In this document: one piece after another, positions 27,122-36,093 of the stretch
Position numbering within the stretch: position 1 is the stretch's first letter
Layout: each line of letters starts with the position of its first letter
Assembly: GCA_040386535.1 (NCBI GenBank)
Contig: JAZKFH010000002.1
Location: 1-64,000, forward strand
Source of the DNA: Myxococcota bacterium
GTDB lineage: Bacteria > Myxococcota_A > UBA796 > SXON01
Length of the DNA stretch: 64,000 nt
Direction: 5' to 3'
Notes under the pieces: model-generated
The model's database searches: none
Told to the model about the DNA's origin: nothing
What the model saw: only the letters and a program-made list of their open reading frames with translations
Made by a program: the position numbers and the translations under genes

Positions 27122-28552
27122 ATGGCCGATCTCGACGCAACGAACCTGGGCGCCGCCGTCCGACTGTGGATTCGGCGCACCGCCGAGCCGCAGGGCCCCT
27201 ACGCGATCCGCTTCGAGGTGGTCGACGGGAAGGGCATCTTGCGCGTCGTCCGGCCGGGCGTCCTCGTCGATCCGCCGGCGCGTCCGACGGGGTTCGAGGA
27301 GCGGCTCACCGCCGCGCAGGTCAACGCCACGCGCTTCCTCCACGTCTGGGACGGGGGGCGCCGTCGGCAAGCGCATGCGCTCACACGCCTCACCCAGACG
27401 CAGCTGGAGACGATGCCGGCCGAGCGCTGGTTCGGGCTCGAGTTCGTCACGGAGGGAGCGCTCGACGTGCTCGTCCTGCCGAGCACCGTTCACACTGAGC
27501 CCGCCCGCGTGGACGACGAGCCGACGTGGCCCCGGCGCGAGATGCTCGCCGAGCTCCAACGTGAGCTCCGGGAGCTGGAGAGCAAGGAGGTCGAGCACGA
27601 TCGGACGGAGATCCGATCCGCGCCGCTGCTGCCCCCCGAGGGCCCCGCCCCGATCATCGAGCTGGCCCCGCCACCCGCGGCCGAGCCCCCGCCGACGGGC
27701 CGGATCAGCCGTGCCGAGGTCGTGGAGATCGTGCCCCGCGCCGCCCCGCGCGTGGCCGACGTGCCGCGGGTAGCCGAAGTGCTGCCGATCGCCGGCGTGC
27801 CACGGGTCGCCGAAGTGGTGCAGGTCGCCGACGTGCCGCGCGTGGCAGCGCCCCTCCCGGAGCCCGTGCGCCCTCCCACGCCGACCAAGCCGTACACCTC
27901 GCTCGACGCCTGGCTGAACGCGCCGATCCCTGCCCGCACCGAGTCGAACGGCGACGAGGAGCAGACGATCCTGATGGGCGGCTCCGCGCTCGCCATCGAT
28001 CGGATGGACGGCGTCCGGGAATCGCCCCGCCCGTCCCTGCCCGCCCTCGCGCCCGTGCCGCCACAGCCCGATCCGAGCGCCGAGGAGCACGCCGCGATCG
28101 AGGCCGGCGAGGCCCCGGACGAGGATGCCGACGAGTTCGAGCTGGTGGCGATGGAGGCCGGGCACGGCACGCTGGAGGCGCTCGAGGCGCCCGCCGCGGA
28201 CGACGAGAGGGAGGCGGCGGACGGGGAGCACCCCGAGGTGACCGATGTCGGGCTGTCGTCGTCGCCGGAGAGCCTGCACCGCGGCCAGATCACCGAGGCG
28301 GTCACCGTCATTCCGCTCTCCGCGGACGAGCTCGCCGGCCTCTCGGCCGTGGACACGTCGCCCGTGCTGGCGGCTTCCGACGGCGAGCCCACGACGGAGC
28401 CGGACCCCTACGCGCTCGCCCCGAAGGCGGAGTTCCACGAGCGGAACACGACGCTGGTGCGGTTCCTTCGCCGCAGGATCGCCGCGGATCGGGCGCGCAT
28501 CACCGCCCTCGAAGAGCAGGTGTCCCAGCTCGAGGCACGCCTCCGCGCGTAG
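27122..28552 (+). CDS. Hypothetical protein: globular N-domain, long acidic/Pro-rich linker, C-terminal coiled coil
   Basis: GGAGG SD and ATG 27122; PRVAxV repeats; RARITALEEQVSQLEARL. Confidence 0.7.
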   Translation: MADLDATNLGAAVRLWIRRTAEPQGPYAIRFEVVDGKGILRVVRPGVLVDPPARPTGFEERLTAAQVNATRFLHVWDGGRRRQAHALTRLTQTQLETMPAERWFGLEFVTEGALDVLVLPSTVHTEPARVDDEPTWPRREMLAELQRELRELESKEVEHDRTEIRSAPLLPPEGPAPIIELAPPPAAEPPPTGRISRAEVVEIVPRAAPRVADVPRVAEVLPIAGVPRVAEVVQVADVPRVAAPLPEPVRPPTPTKPYTSLDAWLNAPIPARTESNGDEEQTILMGGSALAIDRMDGVRESPRPSLPALAPVPPQPDPSAEEHAAIEAGEAPDEDADEFELVAMEAGHGTLEALEAPAADDEREAADGEHPEVTDVGLSSSPESLHRGQITEAVTVIPLSADELAGLSAVDTSPVLAASDGEPTTEPDPYALAPKAEFHERNTTLVRFLRRRIAADRARITALEEQVSQLEARLRA

Positions 28553-28658
28553 TCGAGCGAGCTTGCTCCATCCCGTCCCGTCATAACGGCGCCCCGGAGT
28601 GGGCCCGGAGGGCGTCGCTGCGTTAGAGCGCGGGCCCTTCGAACAGGAGCTCCCCCCG

Positions 28659-29078
28659 ATGTCCAACCGGCGCGCCGAGCGCATCGCCTCCATCATGCAC
28701 GCGGAGCTCGCACGGCTGCTCCGTGAGGAGGTCAAGGACCCGCGCGTGGGGACCATCAGCATCACCGAGGTCCTGGTGAAGCCCGACCTGGGCAGTGCTC
28801 GTGTTCGATACCTGCCTCTCGGGGGCGCCGGTGACCGGGTTCAGGTGCAGGCGGGGCTCGAGGCCGCGGCGCGCTACCTGCGCGGTCCGGTCGGGCGGGC
28901 GCTGGGCATCCGGCACGCGCCGGAGCTCAAGTTCGAGCTCGATCCGAACGTGGAGTACGCCGCGCGGATGGACGCGCTGTTGCGGGCGCTGCCGCCCGCC
29001 GCGGAGGAGCCTGCCGCGCCGGTGGGTGAGGCCGCCGCGCCCGTGAACGAGACGCCGAAAGAGGGGGGTGAGGAATGA
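28659..29078 (+). CDS. rbfA: Ribosome-binding factor A
   Basis: RRAERIA, KDPRVG, RHAPELKFELD; AGGAG SD. Confidence 0.93.
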   Translation: MSNRRAERIASIMHAELARLLREEVKDPRVGTISITEVLVKPDLGSARVRYLPLGGAGDRVQVQAGLEAAARYLRGPVGRALGIRHAPELKFELDPNVEYAARMDALLRALPPAAEEPAAPVGEAAAPVNETPKEGGEE

Positions 29079-30073
29079 GCTACGACGGATTCCTGGTCGT
29101 CGACAAGCCGCCCGGCGTCACGTCCCACGACGTGGTCGCGGTGGTGCGCGCCGTCACCGGCCTCAAGAAGGTTGGCCACACCGGCACGCTCGACCCCTTC
29201 GCCACCGGCGTGCTGCCCCTGGCGCTCGGCAGCGCGACGCGCCTCATCCAGTACCTGGACGAGGACCAGAAGATCTACGACGCCGTGGTCCGCCTCGGCG
29301 TCCTGACCGACACCGGTGATCCCACCGGCCAGGTGATCGAGGAGAAGCCCGTCCCGTCCTTCACGCAGAAGGAGCTGCTCGACGTGCTCGCGACGTTCCT
29401 CGGCCCCCGGATGCAGACGCCGCCGAAGTACTCGGCGGTCAAGGTCGCCGGCCGCCCGCTCTACGACTACGCCCGCAAGGGGCAGACGGTCGAGGTCAAG
29501 GCGCGCCCGGTACGCATCGACGCGATGGAGCTCAAAGACTTCGACGGGCCGCGCGTACACGTGCTCATCCGGTGCAGCCGCGGCACGTACGCGCGGGTGC
29601 TCGCCGAGGAGATCGCGGTCGCGCTCGGCACGGTCGGGCACCTCGAGGAGCTGCGGCGCCTCGGCAGCGGCCCCTTCCTCATCGAGCACGCGGTGTCCTT
29701 CTCGCGCATCTCCGAGGTGGTCGCCGGCGACCCGAACTGGGACAAGGTCCTGCGGCCCTCGCGGGGCGACGAGCGGGTGCCCTGGCGCACGCGCGACGAG
29801 GTGTTCGACGGCCTCGCTCCGTGGGTCACCACCCCTCGCGACGGCCTCCGCCACCTCCCGGCCCTCACGCTCTCGCCCATCGAGGCGCGCCGCTTCCAGC
29901 AGACCGGCGCTGTCCCGCCGCCGCCGCCGGGCTGTGTCGGGCCGTACATGCTGCTCTCCGGGGACGAGATCCTCGGGGTCGGCGTCTCCGGAAACGCCAG
30001 CGCTGTCCCGCTCGACACCCCCAAAGCCCGAGATCGTGGGCCCGGTGGGGATCAGCGCGCACGTAGGCGTTGA
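29075..30073 (+). CDS. truB: tRNA pseudouridine(55) synthase
   Basis: [40 protein letters not shown]. Confidence 0.95.
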   Translation: MSYDGFLVVDKPPGVTSHDVVAVVRAVTGLKKVGHTGTLDPFATGVLPLALGSATRLIQYLDEDQKIYDAVVRLGVLTDTGDPTGQVIEEKPVPSFTQKELLDVLATFLGPRMQTPPKYSAVKVAGRPLYDYARKGQTVEVKARPVRIDAMELKDFDGPRVHVLIRCSRGTYARVLAEEIAVALGTVGHLEELRRLGSGPFLIEHAVSFSRISEVVAGDPNWDKVLRPSRGDERVPWRTRDEVFDGLAPWVTTPRDGLRHLPALTLSPIEARRFQQTGAVPPPPPGCVGPYMLLSGDEILGVGVSGNASAVPLDTPKARDRGPGGDQRARRR

Positions 30074-30098
30074 CGGCAGGCCCCTGATCCAATACCTT
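30070..30098 (+). promoter_or_regulatory. Sigma70-type promoter for rplS
   Basis: TTGACG-N17-TACCTT. Confidence 0.65.
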
Positions 30099-30122
30099 CG
30101 CCCGACTTCGAGTGTACCAGCC

Positions 30123-30497
30123 ATGAACATGATCGACCAGATCGACTCCGAGACCATCAAGGGCCACGCCCCCTCCTACATCGTTGGTGACGACGTGCGC
30201 GTTCACGTCAAGATCAAGGACGGCGACAAGGTTCGCATCCAGGTCTTCGAAGGCACGGTCATCGCCATGAGCGGTGGTGGCGCCAGCGCGACCTTCACGG
30301 TCCGCAAGACCAGCTTCGGCGTCGGCGTCGAGCGCATCTTCCCCGTGCACTCGCCCATCCTCGACAAGGTCGAGGTCAAGACGCGCCACAGCGTGCGTCG
30401 CGCCAAGCTCTACTACCTGCGCGAGCGCTCCGGCAAGTCGGCCCGTCTGAAGGACGCGCCGTACACCAAGGCCGTCAAGGCATCCCCGAATACCTAG
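30123..30497 (+). CDS. rplS: 50S ribosomal protein L19
   Basis: [34 protein letters not shown]. Confidence 0.97.
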   Translation: MNMIDQIDSETIKGHAPSYIVGDDVRVHVKIKDGDKVRIQVFEGTVIAMSGGGASATFTVRKTSFGVGVERIFPVHSPILDKVEVKTRHSVRRAKLYYLRERSGKSARLKDAPYTKAVKASPNT

Positions 30498-30534
30498 ACC
30501 GAAGGCGCGCCCGGCGGAGTCTCGCCGGGAAGCC

Positions 30535-30873
30535 TTGGTTCGCGGGCACCTCGCAGAGGTGCTCGTCGCTGAGCGTTTGGCTGCGCGCGGGTGGATGATC
30601 CACGCGCGCAACTGGCGTGGCGGAGGAGGGGAGATCGACGTCGTGGCAGGCCACGACGGGAAGCTCCGCTTTGTCGAAGTGAAGGTGCGCGACCCCGCGG
30701 ATCTTCTCGGAGACGACGCGGTGTCGCCCCACAAGCGGCGTCGGCTCAAGTCGGCCGCCGAGGCCTGGCTGGCCGGCATGGCGGGCGAGCCGCTCGAGGC
30801 CTGCTTCCTCGTGGCCTACGTGGACGTTTCGGTGGATCCGTGGGCGGTGCGCTGGATCGACGACGCGTTCTGA
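30535..30873 (+). CDS. yraN: YraN family protein
   Basis: RNWRGGGGEIDVV, FVEVK; start approximate. Confidence 0.85.
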   Translation: MVRGHLAEVLVAERLAARGWMIHARNWRGGGGEIDVVAGHDGKLRFVEVKVRDPADLLGDDAVSPHKRRRLKSAAEAWLAGMAGEPLEACFLVAYVDVSVDPWAVRWIDDAF

Positions 30874-30967
30874 CGGCGGCGCTCCACGCGAGCGCCGCCG
30901 CGGGTCGGGGAGGGCCGGTCTGAGGAGGGCAGGGGAGTCGCTTCGCGATCCAGCCCCGCCAGCGCCC

Positions 30968-32044
30968 TTACCGGAAGCGCACGCCCAGGGTCGAGCCCAC
31001 CGTGACGTTCACCGTGTCTCCGCCCGTATACACCGGGTACGGGTACTCGAGGCGTTGGGGCATGTGGTACCCGAGGTCGCCGTGGACGCCGATCTGCATG
31101 TTCTCGAACGGGCGCCAGTGCACGCCGATGCCGCCGCCCGCTTCGAGCTGCTCGGACTGTTGGACCAGCCCGCCGGAGCTCACGTCCAGCACGTTCGGCA
31201 GGTAGAAGCCGCTCGGGAGCTGCCCGAAGGCGTCGTAGGCGACGCCGAGGTGCATGTCGAAGACGAACTGGGCGCCGCTGGCGGGGTTGCGCCCGGCGAG
31301 CAACTCGATGCCGATGCGAACGTCGCCATGGTTCGCGGGATCGACCTCGACCTCGCCGTGGGACACGCCGTCGGGGGTCACGACCGTGGCGGTGTGCTTG
31401 CCCTCGCCGATGTAGGTGCCGGAGACGTAGGGCGCGGTGTTGCCGAGCGTCGTGGAGAACGCGGTGTGCAGGCGGGCCGCGGTGCCGCCAGGGCCGGCGC
31501 CGCGCTTGCCCGCGTCGTCGACCGTCCAGAAGCTCGTGGGGTCACCGGTGCGGATAGCGCCCTCGAGGAGCCACGTGGTTGCGCTGTTGCGCTTCGGGAA
31601 CGCCTCGGAGAACGGGGTGCCACGCACGCCGAACCAGATCCCGCCGAGGCCCGCGCCGTCGACGTAGGTGCCCTCGGTGCCCGGCGTGGTGCCGACGTAG
31701 GTGCCGCTGCCGGTGCCGGGGTCGTAGACCATGTCGGAGAGCGCCCCGTAGGACACGCGGCTCGACACGTAGTGCGGCACCTCGGCGAACACGGCGATGC
31801 CGGGACCGACGGAGAACACGAGGCCGTAGCGCAACATGTGATCGGAGACCGTGCGTCGGCCGACCTCCACGTCCTCGTCGCCGCGCTCGATGAGCAAGCC
31901 CGAGAGCTGCTCGTAGGTGTAGGCAATCTGGACGTCGCCCCGGAGGAACGGAGGGATCTCCGTGACGACGGCGGCCGAGGCGCCGGGCACCAGGGATCCG
32001 AGAGCCAGGGAACCGAGAAGCAGCTGGGGGCCGAGAAGCAGCAT
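30968..32044 (-). CDS. Probable outer-membrane beta-barrel protein
   Basis: Signal peptide, amphipathic beta pattern, C-terminal LGVRFR; ATG 32044. Confidence 0.65.
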   Translation of the reverse strand: MLLLGPQLLLGSLALGSLVPGASAAVVTEIPPFLRGDVQIAYTYEQLSGLLIERGDEDVEVGRRTVSDHMLRYGLVFSVGPGIAVFAEVPHYVSSRVSYGALSDMVYDPGTGSGTYVGTTPGTEGTYVDGAGLGGIWFGVRGTPFSEAFPKRNSATTWLLEGAIRTGDPTSFWTVDDAGKRGAGPGGTAARLHTAFSTTLGNTAPYVSGTYIGEGKHTATVVTPDGVSHGEVEVDPANHGDVRIGIELLAGRNPASGAQFVFDMHLGVAYDAFGQLPSGFYLPNVLDVSSGGLVQQSEQLEAGGGIGVHWRPFENMQIGVHGDLGYHMPQRLEYPYPVYTGGDTVNVTVGSTLGVRFR

Positions 32045-32065
32045 CCGCGCGGGTACTCCGCGGCG

Positions 32066-32095
32066 AAGGTACGCCGGGGCGGCCGGCAGCGTCAA
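32066..32095 (-). promoter_or_regulatory. Sigma70-type promoter for the beta-barrel gene
   Basis: TTGACG-N18-TACCTT on the minus strand, same hexamers as the rplS promoter. Confidence 0.55.
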
Positions 32096-32161
32096 CCAGG
32101 GGCCTCCGCCATCGCGTCGGAACCGGCGCGCCGGCGGGAGCGCGGGTGGTTAGGCGGCCCC

Positions 32162-32821
32162 GTGTCCTTGCGCTCTCCGATCTCCCGCGTCCGCGCCGCC
32201 ACGTTCTTCGAGCCGCTCGCGGCCATGGTGCCAGAACCACGATGTGAGCTTGATTATCGCAATCCGTTCGAGCTCCTGATCGCCACCCAGCTCTCGGCCC
32301 AGTCCACCGACGCGATGGTCAACCGGGTCACGCCGACGCTGTTCGAGCGGTGGCCGGACCCGCGCGCCCTCGCCGAAGCCGACCCCGCCGAGGTCGAGGG
32401 CGTGCTGCGACCAACGGGGTTCTTCCGGCAAAAGACGAAGAACGCGATCGCCACGTCAAAGATCCTGGTGGAGCGCTTCGATGGGCAGGTCCCGCCGCGC
32501 ATGGAGGATCTGGTCACGCTGCCGGGTGTGGCGCGAAAAACGGCGAACGTGGTGCTCGGCACGGCGTTCGGCGTGCAGAGCGGCGTCACGGTGGACACGC
32601 ACGTGTTCCGTGTCACGCGGCGCTGGGGCTGGCACAAGGAGAAGACGCCGGAGAAGGTCGAGGCGCACCTGATGAAGCTCGTTCCGGAGCCGCAGTGGAG
32701 CGACTTCGGGCACCGGGCGGTGCTGTTCGGCAGGTACCACTGCACCGCGCGGAAGCCCGCGTGCGAAGGGTGCGGGCTGCGCACGTTGTGTCCCGTGGGT
32801 CGGGGCGACGCCGAACCGTAG
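32162..32821 (+). CDS. nth: Endonuclease III
   Basis: LSAQSTD, HhH LPGVARKTA, VDTHV, C-x6-C-x2-C-x5-C cluster; start approximate. Confidence 0.95.
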   Translation: MSLRSPISRVRAATFFEPLAAMVPEPRCELDYRNPFELLIATQLSAQSTDAMVNRVTPTLFERWPDPRALAEADPAEVEGVLRPTGFFRQKTKNAIATSKILVERFDGQVPPRMEDLVTLPGVARKTANVVLGTAFGVQSGVTVDTHVFRVTRRWGWHKEKTPEKVEAHLMKLVPEPQWSDFGHRAVLFGRYHCTARKPACEGCGLRTLCPVGRGDAEP

Positions 32822-32874
32822 CAGCCGTGTCCGGACGCCGGATGCTGCGACCGCGGCGCGCTCATGGCTTCATT

Positions 32875-32902
32875 ACTTGTCATAATATACCTTATCAGAA
32901 GT
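32875..32902 (-). other. dif: Putative chromosomal dif site (XerCD recombination site)
   Basis: ACTTCTGATAA-GGTATA-TTATGACAAGT: 11-6-11 layout with ATAA/TTAT inner palindrome, intergenic AT-rich island, KOPS-like motifs converge on it. Confidence 0.85.
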
Positions 32903-32988
32903 TGTGAGCCAGTGGGGAGGAGGGGCCCCCAGCGAAGCTCCCGCCCTTCCGGACCAGCCACGGTCCCGCCTCCGCTATACTTCCGCGG

Positions 32989-34050
32989 ATGTCGCCCCTC
33001 GCGCTCCTGCTGCTCTCCGCCTGCGGCCCCGACGCCGTGGCGTGGCGCGCGCAGAGCGTGGCGCTGTCGGTCGAGCCTGCGGTGCTCACGTTCCCCGCGA
33101 CCACCCCGGGCGCCACGTCCGGGGTGCCGGTGACCGTCACCAACCACGGCGACGCCTCGGCCATGCTTGAGGTCCATGCCCGGCCGCCGTTCGCGGCGGA
33201 CCGCACCGTGGTCGAGCTCGGCGCCGGCGCCTCCTTGACCCTGGGCGTGACCTACTCGCCGACCGGCTGGGCGCCATCGACCAGCTCGCTCGACCTCGTG
33301 GGCGATCCGGGCGCCGTGGTGGTGCTGGTCGGCACGATCGAGCCCGACGGCGACGGCGACGGCGCGGACGCCCCGGGTGCCGGCGGCGCGGACTGCGACG
33401 ATGCCGACGCCAGCGTGTTTCCCGGCGCGGTGGACGTGTGCGGCGACACGGTGGACGCGGACTGCGACCCCGTCGGCGACGATGACTGCGACGCCGATGG
33501 CTACCCCACGGGCGCGGACTGCGACGACGCCGACGCCACCGTGAACGCGGGCGCCGTGGAGACCGGGCCGAATGGCCGCGACGAGGACTGTGACGGGCGC
33601 ATCGACGAGGTGCTGGTGGTGCCCGGAGAGCTCGTGATCACCGAGCTCGCCCCCCAGGAGCCGCCGTGGATCGAGGTCTGCAACGTGTCGAACCGCACGA
33701 TCGCCCTCGACGGCTTCACCGTGGAGACGACCGCGGCCTCGGCGCCCCTGACGGCGCCCGGGTCGGCGGGCACGCTCGCCTCGGGCGATTGCGCCGCCGT
33801 CTGCGCGTCAGGGCTCGGGCTCTGCACGTTCGAGGCCGCGATGCGCTTCGATCCCACGCGGGACACGGTGGCGCTCGCGGTCGAGGGCCAGGTGCTCGAC
33901 ACCGTGAGCGTCGACCCGAGCTGGGACTGGGAGCCCGGCTGGGTGTGGTCGTTGGATCCTAGCGCGCTCACGGTCGAGGCGAACGACGACCGAAGCGCGT
34001 GGTGCCGGGGCGAGGGGAGCCGAGGCGCGCCGAACCCGACCTGCCCGTGA
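32989..34050 (+). CDS. Surface lipoprotein: Ig-like domain, MopE-related metal-binding repeats, lamin-tail-like domain
   Basis: LLLLSAC lipobox; DCDD..PGA..C..D.DCD repeats; LVITEL..WIEV.N. Confidence 0.8.
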   Translation: MSPLALLLLSACGPDAVAWRAQSVALSVEPAVLTFPATTPGATSGVPVTVTNHGDASAMLEVHARPPFAADRTVVELGAGASLTLGVTYSPTGWAPSTSSLDLVGDPGAVVVLVGTIEPDGDGDGADAPGAGGADCDDADASVFPGAVDVCGDTVDADCDPVGDDDCDADGYPTGADCDDADATVNAGAVETGPNGRDEDCDGRIDEVLVVPGELVITELAPQEPPWIEVCNVSNRTIALDGFTVETTAASAPLTAPGSAGTLASGDCAAVCASGLGLCTFEAAMRFDPTRDTVALAVEGQVLDTVSVDPSWDWEPGWVWSLDPSALTVEANDDRSAWCRGEGSRGAPNPTCP

Positions 34051-34090
34051 CTCCCCTGCCCGCGAACCCCCGCGCTGGCCCCGCCCGGTG

Positions 34091-35299
34091 TCAACGCCGC
34101 GGAGGCGACACCCAGTCCACGGGCTCGGCGGGGATGGTCCCCTCCCCTCCCCTGAACGCGTACAAGATGCCGCCGTTGCTCACGGCGTAGACCGTGTTGC
34201 CGTCGACCGCCGGCGGGCTCGAGATGCCCGTGAGCAGGAAGCCCGGATCGAAGGTCCACCGGAGGGCGCCCGTGGTGGGATCCACGAGGTACATGCTGCC
34301 TTCGCTGCTGGCGACGAGCAGGCCCTGGGCCGTGGGGATGGGCCGGGAGATCGAGCCGCCGGTCACCGAGTCCCACTCCCACACCACGTTGCCGCTCTTC
34401 GCGTCGATGCGGCGCAGGACGCCGTCGGGGCCGCCGTGCCAGAGGGTCTCCCCTTCGAGCGTGAAGGGCGAGGAGCTGCCGATGTCCAGGCGCCACTGGA
34501 CGGCGCGCGTGGTCGGGTCGAGGCTCACGAGTGGCTCGGAGTAGCCCCCGACGACCACGCTGCTCCCGACGGGCTGCGGCGGCGCGATGAGGTCGGGGTA
34601 GAGGCCCTCGCCGATCGACGCCGACCAGCGCGGAGACCCGTCGGCGGCGCCGAGACCCACCAGGAAACCGTCGGAGAAGCCCACGAAGACCGTGCCGTCC
34701 GCGACGACCGGCGACGGGGCGCCGAACAGCTCGAGCTCGGCCGAACGCACGGACTCGAGCTTGTGCGCGTGGCGCCACTTCAGCGCGCCCGTCGTCGCGT
34801 CGAGGGCGTACACGAGGTCATCGACGTTCGTGATGTAGACCACGCCGTCCACCACGGTCGGCGACGAGAGGATGGGCGCGCCGGAGAAGTGGGTCCACGC
34901 GGGCAGGCCGACCTCGAGGCGGTCCCGGAGGAACGCCGACGTATAGCCCGCGGCATCGGTGACGTAGAGGATGTCCTTGGTGAGGACGGGGGCCGTCACC
35001 ACGGCGGCTTGCGTCGGGAGCTGGTAGACCAGCGCGCCATCGCGCCGATCGAGGACCAGCAGCCCGCTCACGCCGCTGTAGCCGACGTAGATGTAGCGCT
35101 CGTCCACCACGGGCCCCGCGGTTTCGGTGCGCGTGGCGGTGTTGGGGGGCGCGCCGGGCAGGCGGCGCTCCCAGAGCAGGAGCGGCGCGGAGTCGAGCGT
35201 CGTGCCCGGCGTCGGAAACGCGGGGTTCGGCGCCTCGTAGGCGAGCCCGGACGCGAGGAGCGCCGCGTAGAAATACCCGCCGGCGAGCGGCGCGTTCAA
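34091..35299 (-). CDS. PQQ-type beta-propeller repeat protein (BamB-like)
   Basis: Repeated ALDxxTGxxxW blades; directly follows a YfgM-like TPR gene. Confidence 0.8.
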   Translation of the reverse strand: MNAPLAGGYFYAALLASGLAYEAPNPAFPTPGTTLDSAPLLLWERRLPGAPPNTATRTETAGPVVDERYIYVGYSGVSGLLVLDRRDGALVYQLPTQAAVVTAPVLTKDILYVTDAAGYTSAFLRDRLEVGLPAWTHFSGAPILSSPTVVDGVVYITNVDDLVYALDATTGALKWRHAHKLESVRSAELELFGAPSPVVADGTVFVGFSDGFLVGLGAADGSPRWSASIGEGLYPDLIAPPQPVGSSVVVGGYSEPLVSLDPTTRAVQWRLDIGSSSPFTLEGETLWHGGPDGVLRRIDAKSGNVVWEWDSVTGGSISRPIPTAQGLLVASSEGSMYLVDPTTGALRWTFDPGFLLTGISSPPAVDGNTVYAVSNGGILYAFRGGEGTIPAEPVDWVSPPRR

Positions 35300-36069
35300 C
35301 CCGCGCTCCCCGCGCGGGCTTCGAGCGCGGCGACCTCACCCGTGCGGGGCGACTGGGGGAACCGCTGCTTGAACTCGGCGATGACGAGCTTAGCGTCGGC
35401 CTGGCGGCCGGCGGCGATCTGCGCGTCCGCCAGGAGGATCAACGAGCGCTCGGCGTAGAAGCCCTCGAAGCGTCCGGCCATGTCCCGGTAGAGCGCGAGC
35501 GCCTCGTCGGTCTTGCCGGCGTCGATGAGGGCCGCCGCGTAGGCCGCGCCGGCGGTGTAGCCGGGGAGGTCCTTGGCGCCGACTTCGGAGGCCTTCTGCA
35601 GGACGATCATGACCTGGTCGGGCTTGTCGACGCGCTCCCAGGCGTCAGCCGCCTTGAGGTACGCGTAGACGGCGGCCGCGCCGTGCGACTCGTCCCCCAC
35701 CGCCGTGTAGCGGCGCGCGCCCTCTTCGACGTTGGCCATGCGCGCGGCATCGGTCTTGTCGTCCATCGGCGCGAGGCCGAACTGGGCGAGCTGCTCGACC
35801 TTCGGCATCTTGAAGTCGATGCGCGAGATGGAGGCGAACTCCTCGGCTTCCCGCGAGGTCAGCCAGGAGGTGACTCCGCCGTAGACGAGGGTGCCGAGCA
35901 GCAGGAGGCCCACCAGGTACCCGAAGTACTTGGCGTTTCCAAGGAGGAAGTCGCTGAAGGCCATCTGGAGCCGGAACAGCTGGTCCTGCTCGACGGGCGC
36001 CGCGCCTTCCACCGGAGGGGCCTTGGTGCCCGGTTCGTCTTCTTTAGTGGTGTCGGTGGTGTCGGCCAA
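35296..36069 (-). CDS. Membrane-anchored TPR protein (YfgM-like)
   Basis: Single TM helix then TPRs; TTG start with GGAG; order matches yfgM-bamB. Confidence 0.7.
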   Translation of the reverse strand: MADTTDTTKEDEPGTKAPPVEGAAPVEQDQLFRLQMAFSDFLLGNAKYFGYLVGLLLLGTLVYGGVTSWLTSREAEEFASISRIDFKMPKVEQLAQFGLAPMDDKTDAARMANVEEGARRYTAVGDESHGAAAVYAYLKAADAWERVDKPDQVMIVLQKASEVGAKDLPGYTAGAAYAAALIDAGKTDEALALYRDMAGRFEGFYAERSLILLADAQIAAGRQADAKLVIAEFKQRFPQSPRTGEVAALEARAGSAG

Positions 36070-36093
36070 TCGAGGACTCCGAAGGGCCGCGGA

